NCBI GenBank assembly: GCA_038562165.1
Contig: JBCFAO010000019.1
Location: forward strand, 995-64,994
Length of the DNA: 64,000 nucleotides
Direction: 5' to 3'
DNA from: Clostridiales bacterium
Lineage (GTDB): Bacteria; Bacillota; Peptococcia; DRI-13; UBA5745
The notes under the pieces are model-generated. The model was not told where the DNA came from and made no database searches. It worked only from the letters and a program-made list of their open reading frames with translations. Below are positions 27,755-37,084 of the stretch, piece after piece; position 1 is the first letter of the stretch, and every line of letters starts with the position of its first letter. A program made the position numbers and the translations under genes.

Positions 27755-28618
27755 ATGAAAGAAGCAGTCTGCCGGATTCGTTTTGGCAGTATCAGAAAGG
27801 CGGTAAACAAAATGCAGGGATCCCCAACGGCGGCGGCGGCCGGCCCCTTCCTTGAACCGGCCATTTTGCCGGCAACTTTTAATGAGGACGGATCAATCCA
27901 ATGCCGTCTGGTCATCTTTGATCTGGACGGCACCATTGTAGACTCCGGTCCCGGCATTAAAAACAGCATCAGCAAAGCTATCGGCAAGATGGGACTGCCG
28001 GCTAAATCAGAAGATGAACTGAACAGTTTTATTGGGCCTCCCCTGCGGGTTTCCTTTCAAAAGGAATTTGGCCTGACTACAGACAAAGCCGAAGAGGTCC
28101 TCCATTGCTACCGGATGTTTTATTACCAGCAGGGCATTTATGAGGCTATGGTATACGACGGTATTCCGGAACTGCTCCGGGAGCTTCGGGATAAAGGTTA
28201 TTTGCTGGCTGTCGGTACATCCAAGCCTTGGGTATTAGCCCACCGGGTGCTGAGCTACTTTGGTCTCCGCCAGTATTTTGATACGGTTTTCGGTTGCTAT
28301 ATAGACGGGCGTTTAGACAGCAAAGCTTTGGTACTGCAGGCTTTAGTGGAGCATTATTCCGGCAAAAAATTGCTGTCGGCGGGCCGGCAAAGGGGACAAA
28401 AAGACAGAGCCTCATCCCTGTCTGGTTCTCCGGCAGCAACGGGAACCGGAATGAAAGCAGTAATGATCGGCGACCGCTTTTATGATGTGGTCGGAGCCAA
28501 GACCTGGGCTTTACCTACCATCGGCGTGACCTATGGCTATGGTACCGCTCAAGAGCTGCAGGAGGCAGGAGCGGCCCTGGTTGTGAATCACCCTAAAGAG
28601 ATAGGAGCCAGACTGTAA
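27755..28618 (+). CDS. HAD-superfamily phosphatase (phosphoglycolate-phosphatase-like)
   Basis: The motif I sequence is VIFDLDGTIVDS. GTSK and GDRFYD motifs are present. The start codon is uncertain, since motif I begins about 50 codons into the ORF. Confidence 0.75.
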   Translation: MKEAVCRIRFGSIRKAVNKMQGSPTAAAAGPFLEPAILPATFNEDGSIQCRLVIFDLDGTIVDSGPGIKNSISKAIGKMGLPAKSEDELNSFIGPPLRVSFQKEFGLTTDKAEEVLHCYRMFYYQQGIYEAMVYDGIPELLRELRDKGYLLAVGTSKPWVLAHRVLSYFGLRQYFDTVFGCYIDGRLDSKALVLQALVEHYSGKKLLSAGRQRGQKDRASSLSGSPAATGTGMKAVMIGDRFYDVVGAKTWALPTIGVTYGYGTAQELQEAGAALVVNHPKEIGARL

Positions 28619-28620
28619 TT

Positions 28621-30570
28621 ATGGCCTTTATATTGGAAGCGGACCAGCTAACAAAATATTTTGGCGCCACTGGCATTTTTGACCAGGTACGCCTGGCTTT
28701 GGAAGATGGAGAGAAGGCCGGGCTGGTGGGGGCAAACGGCGCCGGCAAAACCACTCTCCTCAATTGCTTAGCCGGCCGGGAGCCGGTGGAGGGGGGCTTT
28801 GTCCGGCTTAAACCCTATGCTTCCATCGGCTTTTTGGAGCAAACTCTGGAAATGGCTCCGGAAGATACTTTATTGTCATCGATAATGGCTGTTTTTGCCG
28901 ATGTTTTCGAACAGCGAAAGCGTTTGGCGGATTTGGAAGCCGCCATGAGCCAGGTTCAGGGCGAGGAGCTGCAGCGAATTTTATCCCGTTACGGCAACGA
29001 GCGGGAGCAATATGAGCGTTCCGGCGGTTTTGCCTGCGAAAGCCAGGTGCGGCGGGTGCTCATTGGTCTGGGCTTTACGGAAGAACAATTTAACCGCAAT
29101 TTTACCAGCTTCAGCGGCGGCGAAAAAACCCGAATCGGCCTGGCCAGAATACTGGTCAGAGAGCATCCCTTGCTGTTTTTGGACGAACCCACCAACCATC
29201 TGGATTTGACTTCCGTCGAATGGCTGGAGGGCTATTTGAAGACCTATCCCGGAGCATTGCTGATCATCTCCCATGACCGCTATTTTCTGGACAAAGTAAC
29301 GGAAACCACCTTTGATTTAGAAAATGGCCGGCTGAAGCGGTACAAAGGCGGTTATAGCCGCTACGCACTGCAAAAGGAAGAGGAGACTAAGGCCCAGGCC
29401 AGAGCTTACGATAAGCAGCAAAAGGAAATCCAGGAGACGGAAGCCTATATCCGGCGATTTAAAGCCGGCATCAAATCAAAACAGGCCCGGGGCCGGCAAA
29501 CCCGGCTTGACCGTTTGGCCAGGCTGGAAAAACCGGGCCAGCTTTCCGTAATGAATATGGGGCCGGCCGGTATTGATGGGCGAACAGGGGAAAAGGTGCT
29601 GGTTCTTGACCAGCTTAGCTACAGTTATCCCGGCAAACAATTGTTCGTACAGTTAAATGCCGAAATTCGCTATGGCGAACGGGTAGCTCTTCTAGGCCCC
29701 AATGGCGCCGGTAAAACCACCATCCTGAGGCTGATCATGGGCCAGCTAAAGCCCGAAAAGGGCGGAGTTTACCTGGGCTCCGGCGTAAAACCGGCCTATT
29801 TTGATCAGGAACACCAAAATCTCAACTCCTCCAATACGGTATTTCAGGAGATCCTCAACCAATATGACCTGACCGTAGAAGAGACGAAAGCCTATTTAGC
29901 CCGTTTTCTCTTTACCGCCGAGGAATGGGATAAGGAAATCAATAAGCTCAGCGGCGGCGAACAGGGACGCTTATCTCTGCTGAAGCTAACTCTTGAAAAA
30001 GGCAACTTTCTGATCCTTGACGAGCCCACCAATCACTTGGATATTCAATCGAGAGAAGTAATGGAGGAGTACCTGGCCGATTATCCCGGTACCCTTTTAA
30101 TGGTTTCCCATGACCGCTATTTCCTGGATGCTTTGGCAGAACGGGTTTTGGAGCTGACGCCGGAAGGCCTGGTTTCCTACCCCGGCAACTACTCCGATTA
30201 CCGGGAATGGAAGGACCGCAAAGAAAGGGAAGAGCGGCGAACAAAAGAACAAAAATCCTCATCCGAACAGACGTTCTCGCAGAAGAACAATAGCCCTGGC
30301 AGCCCTAAAAACAACCAAAACAAATCCTTAGACCGTTATGCCAAAGCCAGATTGCGGCAACGCCTGCAGGAGTTGGAAAAGGAAATCAGTGAGCTGGAAT
30401 CCGAGGAAGCCGCCACAACAGCAGCTTTAAGCAATCCGGACACATATAACGATAGCGACGCCAATACATTGGTGAGCCAGCTTAATCAGCGCTTGCAGGC
30501 CATTCAGGAGCGTTTGCCCGCTGCTTATCAGGAATGGGAAGAAGCCGGCAGCCAATTGGAAGAGGCTTAA
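28621..30570 (+). CDS. ABC-F family ATPase (Uup/YdiF-like, no transmembrane domain)
   Basis: Two ABC cassettes are present (GANGAGKTT and GPNGAGKTT, with LSGGE signatures). There is an inter-domain linker and a coiled-coil C-terminus. Confidence 0.9.
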   Translation: MAFILEADQLTKYFGATGIFDQVRLALEDGEKAGLVGANGAGKTTLLNCLAGREPVEGGFVRLKPYASIGFLEQTLEMAPEDTLLSSIMAVFADVFEQRKRLADLEAAMSQVQGEELQRILSRYGNEREQYERSGGFACESQVRRVLIGLGFTEEQFNRNFTSFSGGEKTRIGLARILVREHPLLFLDEPTNHLDLTSVEWLEGYLKTYPGALLIISHDRYFLDKVTETTFDLENGRLKRYKGGYSRYALQKEEETKAQARAYDKQQKEIQETEAYIRRFKAGIKSKQARGRQTRLDRLARLEKPGQLSVMNMGPAGIDGRTGEKVLVLDQLSYSYPGKQLFVQLNAEIRYGERVALLGPNGAGKTTILRLIMGQLKPEKGGVYLGSGVKPAYFDQEHQNLNSSNTVFQEILNQYDLTVEETKAYLARFLFTAEEWDKEINKLSGGEQGRLSLLKLTLEKGNFLILDEPTNHLDIQSREVMEEYLADYPGTLLMVSHDRYFLDALAERVLELTPEGLVSYPGNYSDYREWKDRKEREERRTKEQKSSSEQTFSQKNNSPGSPKNNQNKSLDRYAKARLRQRLQELEKEISELESEEAATTAALSNPDTYNDSDANTLVSQLNQRLQAIQERLPAAYQEWEEAGSQLEEA

Positions 30571-30722
30571 AGGGGAGGGGTTCAAAAGAACCTGGCTTAC
30601 CCCTTAAGCATTCTACTTTACAAAACGCTTATTATCGGAAGTAGTAGAGGCAAAATAAATAAAGCAGATTCATCAGTCGTAATATTTCGATTTATGAGGT
30701 ATAATTTGATCAGGTGATTAAT

Positions 30723-31406
30723 ATGACGAATTACGATATGCTGCCTTCCCATCTGCAGGCTATCTTACTCTTCATCCAACAATATATTGAAGATAATGGC
30801 TATGCTCCCTCTGTCCGGGAAATCGGCAAGGCCAGAAACATCTCCTCCAGCTCCACCGTCCATGGTTATCTCAAGCGTTTGGAGGAATCGGGATTGTTGC
30901 GCCGTGATGCCGCTAAACCCCGGGCTATGGTTGTACAAATGGACAACTTGGAAAAGCCCTCAGGTGATAAATTACCTGAAGACTCTTTTGAACCCTTTAT
31001 AGGGCATTCTGAGAAGCCGTTTTTTGATGAGAGTTTCAAAAAATTACCCTTTGTTCCCTTTAACGGCATTTCTGGTCCTGATGAGGATTTTTGTCTGGTT
31101 CCTGCCGCCGGTCTGGACGATGATGATTACTTTTTAACCCGGATGCCTGATGACACCATGCACAACCGTCAATTATCTGCCGGAGATCTGCTGATCATCC
31201 GCCGGCAGAGTTCGGCAAACAACAGCGATATCATTTTAGGGCGATTAGGTGACGAAGCTTTCATACGCATCTACTCAAAAGGACTCAAGCAGGTTCGTTT
31301 GCAAGCCGAGCCTGACGATACCCAGGAGCCTATTGAAGCTATAACGGTCAATGCTGATGAGCTGGAGATTTTGGGCAAGGTTGTGGGCTTTATTCATATG
31401 CTCTGA
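30723..31406 (+). CDS. lexA: LexA-family repressor homolog with atypical linker and substituted S24 catalytic residues
   Basis: N-terminal wHTH GYAPSVREIGKARNISSSSTVHGYLKRLEESGLLRR. The C-terminal S24-like domain aligns to B. subtilis LexA, but with DDTM in place of GDSM and FIRIY in place of TVKRF. Confidence 0.8.
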   Translation: MTNYDMLPSHLQAILLFIQQYIEDNGYAPSVREIGKARNISSSSTVHGYLKRLEESGLLRRDAAKPRAMVVQMDNLEKPSGDKLPEDSFEPFIGHSEKPFFDESFKKLPFVPFNGISGPDEDFCLVPAAGLDDDDYFLTRMPDDTMHNRQLSAGDLLIIRRQSSANNSDIILGRLGDEAFIRIYSKGLKQVRLQAEPDDTQEPIEAITVNADELEILGKVVGFIHML

Positions 31407-31461
31407 CAACTTCCGATAACTTTTAAAGCCCTCTCCCTTCCCTTCTTAGACTAATGATCGC

Positions 31462-31509
31462 AAAAATGAAGCACCAGCTGCTGTAAAAGCAACCGGTGCT
31501 TCATTTTTA
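31462..31509. terminator. Bidirectional rho-independent terminator between lexA-like (+) and Nif3-like (-) genes
   Basis: AAAAATGAAGCACC...GGTGCTTCATTTTT. Confidence 0.85.
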
Positions 31510-31551
31510 GGGACTTAAGGGACCATTCTGAGAGGTGGGAATCTATCCAGG

Positions 31552-32559
31552 TTATTTGCGTTTCAAATAAGTGGTGGACATGTCTTCGGCATAATCCCGG
31601 ATTCCCTGGGAGCCGCACTTCTCTAAAGGAATGCTGGTTACTCTTTCCCGGAAGATCACTACTTCCGCTTCCGGCAGATGTTTTTTGATGGCATTGGCCA
31701 TAGGCATACCATTTTCAAAAATCTCCAGAGCATGGGAGTTGCCGCATACAAAATTCAAACCTAATTCCTCTGCTTTGGCAATTAATTCATGGCCCGGATA
31801 AACCCGGCTAATGGTGGCCAGTAGTGTGTCTACATCCGGATAATTGCTGACTAAACGCTCCAAGTGCTTAGCCGTAAAGCCGGTATGGGGGAACATGTGG
31901 ATTACCTTTTTCATGGCATTTTCCGGCTTGCCCACTAAAATCTTGCAGCGGGCGGCAATGCTGGTTTCTTCGATATCCTCGCATTTGCGGATCCTCTTCT
32001 CGGCAGCCAGCATTTCTAAATCTTCGTCAACATTCATAAGCTGATCCAACCGGCTCATCATATCCCCTACCGTATTAATTTCCGGCAATACATCGCCAAC
32101 ATAGACGATGTTGCCGGGAATGCCGTCATAAGCCACCGTGGCAAAATGGGGCTTGTGACCATGGAGCCAGGGCAGACCGGGATGCATGCCATGGAAAGCT
32201 TCGTGAAGCTCAAAAGCAGCCAGTTTATAGGTACCCAGGTAATATTTGATCAGCACGCCGCCGGAGTTGGCAGCATCGGCGATGGGATGATGGGTAACAA
32301 TGGCATTAACGCCGGTGGCTGCGGCCAGCTCGATGGCGCTTTCCGTCATGGTCATCATTACAGCGATCTTTTTCACTTCCATATCCGGATCGCCCCAGAC
32401 CAAACCGGGGGTTTCCGTAACAGCTTTACCGGGAATATTGGAGCTCTTAGTTACAACATAAGGGTTTTTGCCGCTGCAGGCGTCACCAGGTGTCATAATA
32501 CAACGGCCATTGGTCAGATCATCTAAAGCCTGCAATACGTCTTTTACGCGGTAGGTCAT
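31552..32559 (-). CDS. Nif3-like dinuclear-metal-centre family protein, paralog 2
   Basis: It has the VTHHP motif, ELHEAFHG and CGNSHALE (Nif3/YbgI metal-ligand positions). It is 335 aa and colinear with the upstream paralog. Confidence 0.7.
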   Translation of the reverse strand: MTYRVKDVLQALDDLTNGRCIMTPGDACSGKNPYVVTKSSNIPGKAVTETPGLVWGDPDMEVKKIAVMMTMTESAIELAAATGVNAIVTHHPIADAANSGGVLIKYYLGTYKLAAFELHEAFHGMHPGLPWLHGHKPHFATVAYDGIPGNIVYVGDVLPEINTVGDMMSRLDQLMNVDEDLEMLAAEKRIRKCEDIEETSIAARCKILVGKPENAMKKVIHMFPHTGFTAKHLERLVSNYPDVDTLLATISRVYPGHELIAKAEELGLNFVCGNSHALEIFENGMPMANAIKKHLPEAEVVIFRERVTSIPLEKCGSQGIRDYAEDMSTTYLKRK

Positions 32560-32581
32560 TATCTTCTCTCCTTTAGGGTTA

Positions 32582-33589
32582 TTATTTTCGTTTTAAATAA
32601 GTGCCGGCAATATTTTGGCCATAAGCTCTGATTTCCGGCGATCCGATTGCCGCCAGGGGAATGCTGGCCATTCTTTCCCGGAAGATCACTACTTCCGCTT
32701 CCGGCAGGTGGTTTTGAATAGCCTGAGCCAAAGGTACGCCGTTTTCAAAAATCTCCATGGCATGGGAGTTGCCGCAGATAAAATTGAGACCTAACTCTTC
32801 AGCTTTAGCAATCAGCTCATGACCCGGATAGACCCGGCTGATGGAGGCCAATATGGTATCGATTTTAGGATGCTCCGCCAGTAATTGCTCCAGATGCTTC
32901 ACATTAAATCCGGTATGAGGGTGAATATGGGCAATATGCTTAACGGGATTCTCCCTCTTGCCCAAATAAATTTTAGCGCCGACTTTAATGCTGGTCTCTT
33001 CCAACTCCGGGCAATTACGGATCTGGCGCTCCATCGCCAATACCTTTTCGTCTTCCGCCCGGTTAATCAGCAAGTTCAACCGGTCAATGAGATCGCCTAC
33101 ATTGGAGATTTCCGGCAAGACCTCACCCACATTGACCACACAACCCTGAATACCGCCTACAGCAATATTAGTGTAATAAGGCTTATGTCCGTGGAGCCAG
33201 GGAATACCGGGGTGAAGGCCGTGGAAAGCTTCGTGGAGCTCAAAAAGGGCTAAATTATATAGATTGAGATAGACATTAAAGAGAACGCCACCGGAGTTGG
33301 TAGCTTCGGCAACAGGATGGTGGGTAACAATAGCATCTACTCCTGTCCCCCCTGCCAATTCGATGGCACTTTCCGTCAGAGTCATCATAACAGCAATCTT
33401 CTTGATTTCTTTTTCAGGATCACCCCAGACTAAGCCAGGCAGTTCCGTAATCGCTTTGCCGGGGATATTGGAGGTCTTGCTTACTACAAAAGGATTCTTT
33501 CCTGAAGACCAATCTGCCGGGGTTTTTACACAACGGCCATTCGTAATATCGTCTAAGGCATTCAAAAGATCTTTAACGTAATAGGTCAT
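32582..33589 (-). CDS. Nif3-like dinuclear-metal-centre family protein, paralog 1
   Basis: It has the VTHHP, ELHEAFHG and CGNSHAME motifs. It is 335 aa. It shares an identical 36-nt run (32672-32707) with 31642-31677 in paralog 2. Confidence 0.7.
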   Translation of the reverse strand: MTYYVKDLLNALDDITNGRCVKTPADWSSGKNPFVVSKTSNIPGKAITELPGLVWGDPEKEIKKIAVMMTLTESAIELAGGTGVDAIVTHHPVAEATNSGGVLFNVYLNLYNLALFELHEAFHGLHPGIPWLHGHKPYYTNIAVGGIQGCVVNVGEVLPEISNVGDLIDRLNLLINRAEDEKVLAMERQIRNCPELEETSIKVGAKIYLGKRENPVKHIAHIHPHTGFNVKHLEQLLAEHPKIDTILASISRVYPGHELIAKAEELGLNFICGNSHAMEIFENGVPLAQAIQNHLPEAEVVIFRERMASIPLAAIGSPEIRAYGQNIAGTYLKRK

Positions 33590-33721
33590 GCTTTATTACC
33601 CTCCTTCCGGTTAAAAGGGCCCATGAAAAATGTTAAAACCTGCGGGGGCAGGACAGCGGTTCAATTAAAGATGGAAATCATGAAAACTATAACTCTAGGC
33701 ATTGAAAAAACCTTAGATAGA

Positions 33722-34807
33722 CTAGGATACCAGGGGAGTTAACAGGAATGCGCAGAGAATGGCGTAAACCAGACGAATGATGCAACCGACGACAGCAGCC
33801 ACCATGCATTCGCTTTCAGAGAGGTCCAGAATAGGAGACCAAACGGCAGGAATCTGGCCGAAAGGAACCTGGATGGGGAATGCAGAGTTAGCCAGCACAA
33901 AAGAACCAACAACCAGACGAGGCATAATCTGAGTACCCTCCTGCAGGGTTTGGGCCAGACTGCTCATGGCCAGGGTGTTCGAAGTAATGATGGTCAAAAC
34001 ACCACTCTCAGGCTCAATGCCAACTGCACCCAGGAAGGAATTTAAAATACCGCTGATAGGCTGCCAAATGCCGAAGTGCTCCAAAGCGCCGATGATGGAG
34101 AAAATAACCACACCGGCAGGAATGATGAACAAGAATACCAGCTGAGCACCTTCACGGGCGGCGCCAAAGATCGTATCCATAGGGCTGGTGGTAGGAGTAA
34201 ACCGGGGCAGCTCAGAAATATCCACAGCTTTGGTATCCCTCCAGAACAGACGAAGGAACAAAGGTACCACAAAAATAGGCAAAATCAGGCCAACAATGAT
34301 TACCGGGAAAACGCTGACTTTAGCATAGGTCAAAGCCATAATACCAAAGACAATAATAGAAAACGAACAGGGAGCCTGACACAAAGTAGCAATAGCTATC
34401 CTCTGCTCGTCTTTGGTACAGCCGGCTTTCATAACCACAGGAGCGGCAATACGGCCGGAAGCATTGACGTCACCCAGAATATTATAGATAACACCGACTA
34501 CGATAGTGGAGTTGACTTTGATATATTTCATCAAAGGAACGAAAAGACGCATTAAGGCGTCGGTAAAGCCCAGTCGTTCCAGAATACGGCCGGTCATAAC
34601 GCTGACGACGATAGCGGCGCCCAGGTTACGGTCAAACAGATAAAAACCGAAAATCTGGAAAGCTCTGTTAAACATAGCATTGTAAATACCGGAGAACCCC
34701 TCCTGGAAAAACAGCAGAACGACAATGGAAAGGGCTACCATGACAAGACCTACGTATTCTATGGGCGCCAGCTTTTTACGATCCATTGTTTGTTTATCAG
34801 TACTCAT
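33722..34807 (-). CDS. Polytopic membrane protein with Gate (nucleoside-recognition)-like segments; unknown substrate
   Basis: About 9-10 hydrophobic segments. GRILERLGFTDALMRLFVPLMKYI resembles the Gate-domain signature also seen in SpmA. SD AGGAGG. Confidence 0.6.
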   Translation of the reverse strand: MSTDKQTMDRKKLAPIEYVGLVMVALSIVVLLFFQEGFSGIYNAMFNRAFQIFGFYLFDRNLGAAIVVSVMTGRILERLGFTDALMRLFVPLMKYIKVNSTIVVGVIYNILGDVNASGRIAAPVVMKAGCTKDEQRIAIATLCQAPCSFSIIVFGIMALTYAKVSVFPVIIVGLILPIFVVPLFLRLFWRDTKAVDISELPRFTPTTSPMDTIFGAAREGAQLVFLFIIPAGVVIFSIIGALEHFGIWQPISGILNSFLGAVGIEPESGVLTIITSNTLAMSSLAQTLQEGTQIMPRLVVGSFVLANSAFPIQVPFGQIPAVWSPILDLSESECMVAAVVGCIIRLVYAILCAFLLTPLVS

Positions 34808-35177
34808 TATTTTCCTCCTGTCTTAAGTTACAATAATTGCAAGTATGATAATAAAGGTAAAGAAAATATTGCAGGAAAAGTCCCGCAGCTTGCCCCCGCA
34901 AGCCAAAACCGATGTTAAGATTTTTTTCTGTTGATCACCTCCTTACAAGCTAACCTTTTGGATTAACTTTATTCGTTATTCAACCCTATAAAAAGAAAAA
35001 ACCGTACTCTCCTCAGTCAAATCCCTTTTGCTTCCTGAAATATTTTTTGATATTTCAAGAGCAATCAAGAAAAACTGCGTCACGAGTAACGGTCTTTTTG
35101 GGCTCAATGGTCCCTCAGCCAGTTGTCATGAAATTGTCGTTTTAGGGAAAGGGGCCCACTTTATCTCGCGCGCAGGA

Positions 35178-35549
35178 TTATACGGCAAAAGTGGAAATAG
35201 GGTCATGCAACCTTATTACTGTAGTAGCGGTTTCCGTAGGCGAATCATAGTCCTTGCTGATAAAGCTGACTTTGATACCTAACTCCTGATCAAGCAATGC
35301 CACCAGTCTCTTCTTGAAGTTGCTCAATAGAACATGATGAACCTCCGCCGTACTGTGGCCTTGCTTATCTAATACCTCCAAAGCAGTTATACGCTTATTA
35401 TGGGCCATGATCAAAATGATCTCGTCGTTAACGAAATAAACCTTTTGGGATTTCACGCCGTAACCGTAATGTTCCGTATTGACCTGATTGTTGATTCGCA
35501 TGATTTCCTGACGTAATTCCGACAATGATAGCATCAGTTTTGTCTCCAT
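35178..35549 (-). CDS. DUF2294 (MpsC-like) family protein, paralog 1
   Basis: Its pattern follows DUF2294 as I recall it: LRQEI...YGYGVKSQKVYFVNDEIILIM...LGIKVSFISKDYD. Confidence 0.6.
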   Translation of the reverse strand: METKLMLSLSELRQEIMRINNQVNTEHYGYGVKSQKVYFVNDEIILIMAHNKRITALEVLDKQGHSTAEVHHVLLSNFKKRLVALLDQELGIKVSFISKDYDSPTETATTVIRLHDPISTFAV

Positions 35550-35723
35550 TTTGTCTAAATTTGCAATCTTTCATCATATTCCGACACAGACAACAATAAA
35601 AACCGATTACCTTCTTTCTCAATTACTGCCCCGGCTGATGGATTCCAACAATTTTTTCCTGGCCAGGCACCTTTTCATTCTGTATTCCATAAAGTAAGGC
35701 ATAAATGAAAGGGAGGTGGCCTT

Positions 35724-36179
35724 ATGAAACTGGCCTTTGAACTGATTACCGGATTACCTGTGCATTTTGCTCCCCACCACAAATTTAATCTCTATTTGAA
35801 AAAGGATGATGTGGTGCTGAAAGACTCCTTGGGCGAGGATACCTTCGATTATAACGGCATGCTGTTGGCTGATTATCCCGTTACCGGTACCGGCCGTAAA
35901 GTCCTCCACAGCTACGAGCCGGGGCTGACTATCTACCAAGGTACTCCTGCTTGTCCTATTGAAGTGCCTCAGGAGGATTTTAAAGGGTTATCCCTATGGC
36001 TGGACAATAATTCCATCATGTCCCAGGGAGAGCTGCAGACCTATTATCGCTTAAAAGTCTACTGTAATGACCGGGAATTTTCCCTGCCTCTGCTCTCTCC
36101 ACTGATGAAGGTATATTGGGAAGGCCAGGGCCTTTTCCTTATGGATCTTGCCAGCCTGGATAGCCTGATCAAACGTTGA
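35724..36179 (+). CDS. Hypothetical protein (151 aa)
   Basis: SD AAGGGAGGTGG lies 5 nt before the ATG. I recognised no family. Confidence 0.6.
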   Translation: MKLAFELITGLPVHFAPHHKFNLYLKKDDVVLKDSLGEDTFDYNGMLLADYPVTGTGRKVLHSYEPGLTIYQGTPACPIEVPQEDFKGLSLWLDNNSIMSQGELQTYYRLKVYCNDREFSLPLLSPLMKVYWEGQGLFLMDLASLDSLIKR

Positions 36180-36491
36180 GAACCCAACCTGTAGCCATTT
36201 ACGGACAAATAAAAACCGCAAAATACCGGGTATAACCATATATTATTCCCGAATTTTGCGGTTGTCTTCAGCACTCGTAAATGTACGGTACTGCCATTAA
36301 ACTCTCAACATAATTCTATGATCGTGAGTTTCTTGGCGGATCCCTTTTGAGTTCTCAATTCACCCGGCTTATATAGTTGCTGTGAAATAATTCGACGAAA
36401 AAATTATTTCTCCTTCTTTAAAACTAAACATATGCTAAAAAAAATTTAAAACAGGCAGCTAGCCAGTCGCCTGTTTTAATCGTTTGCTTAC

Positions 36492-36893
36492 TTATTTTAA
36501 TGGAAAATCCACTGATTGCCTATCTTCCTTAACTTTTAACGCAGGCAATATTTCTTCTACGGGACGGTCTAATATGGTAACACTTATGGAGATTTCTAAA
36601 TGGGGGTCGTAATCTTTTAAATGGGATAGAACCTTTACGCCAAGGTGCTCCTCCATAGCCCGGATAAAACGGTCTTTAAATTCGATGATCAGGGCTATGT
36701 CCATTAATTTCGTGGTAGTAGTGTCCTTCTTGTCAACCATTGACAATACTTTAACCCTGTTGTTGTTGGCAATGATCAGAATTTTATCCTGAAAAATTTC
36801 CACTTTTTGTGACCGCAAGCCCTGATTGAACACTTCCATATTAACCCTATTATTGACCTTAATAATCTCCTGCTTAAATTCCCCCATCTGCAT
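36492..36893 (-). CDS. DUF2294 (MpsC-like) family protein, paralog 2
   Basis: FKQEIIKVNNRVNMEVFNQGLRSQKVEIFQDKILII...LGVKVLSHLKDYD is colinear with paralog 1. Confidence 0.6.
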   Translation of the reverse strand: MQMGEFKQEIIKVNNRVNMEVFNQGLRSQKVEIFQDKILIIANNNRVKVLSMVDKKDTTTTKLMDIALIIEFKDRFIRAMEEHLGVKVLSHLKDYDPHLEISISVTILDRPVEEILPALKVKEDRQSVDFPLK

Positions 36894-36912
36894 GAGCTTC
36901 GCCCCCGGTCTC

Positions 36913-37070
36913 GTGCTTGTAACCCCTAAAAGCTAACATCTGCTTGTCTATTTTCCCAATTGCGGCGTTGTCGTCCCTCACCATAGCTACCGGCTATGCC
37001 TCGGTCCTCCGCCTTGCACTTGGAAAAATATTCGGCGCATCTGTGATAGCTTTTAGGAGTCACAAAGCAC
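36913..37070 (-). ncRNA. Candidate structured RNA: a 158-nt imperfect rod-like hairpin (6S-RNA-like shape or 5' leader of the DUF2294 gene)
   Basis: The arms 36913-36966 and 37011-37070 are largely complementary: GTGCTT/AAGCAC, CCTAAAAGCTA/TAGCTTTTAGG, TATTTTCCCAATTGC/GCACTTGGAAAAATA. A non-pairing internal loop carries CAGATG-type sequence on both strands. The apical hairpin is CATAGC-taccg-GCTATG. Confidence 0.4.
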
Positions 37071-37084
37071 TTGTTTCTGTTTAT

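Noticed and set aside
27346-27987. A 213-aa minus-strand ORF spanning the ispH::S1 3' end and the HAD gene start.
   Set aside because: It is antisense to two supported genes. It is Ser/Ala/Thr-rich and low-complexity, and has no SD. It is a shadow ORF.
30579-30592. The palindrome GGTTC-AAAA-GAACC upstream of the LexA homolog, considered as an SOS (Cheo) box.
   Set aside because: Its polarity is inverted relative to GAAC-N4-GTTC. It lies about 130 nt upstream of the start, directly after the ABC-F stop. It is nested in a larger hairpin (AAGGGG...CCCCTT), so it more likely belongs to a transcript-end structure.
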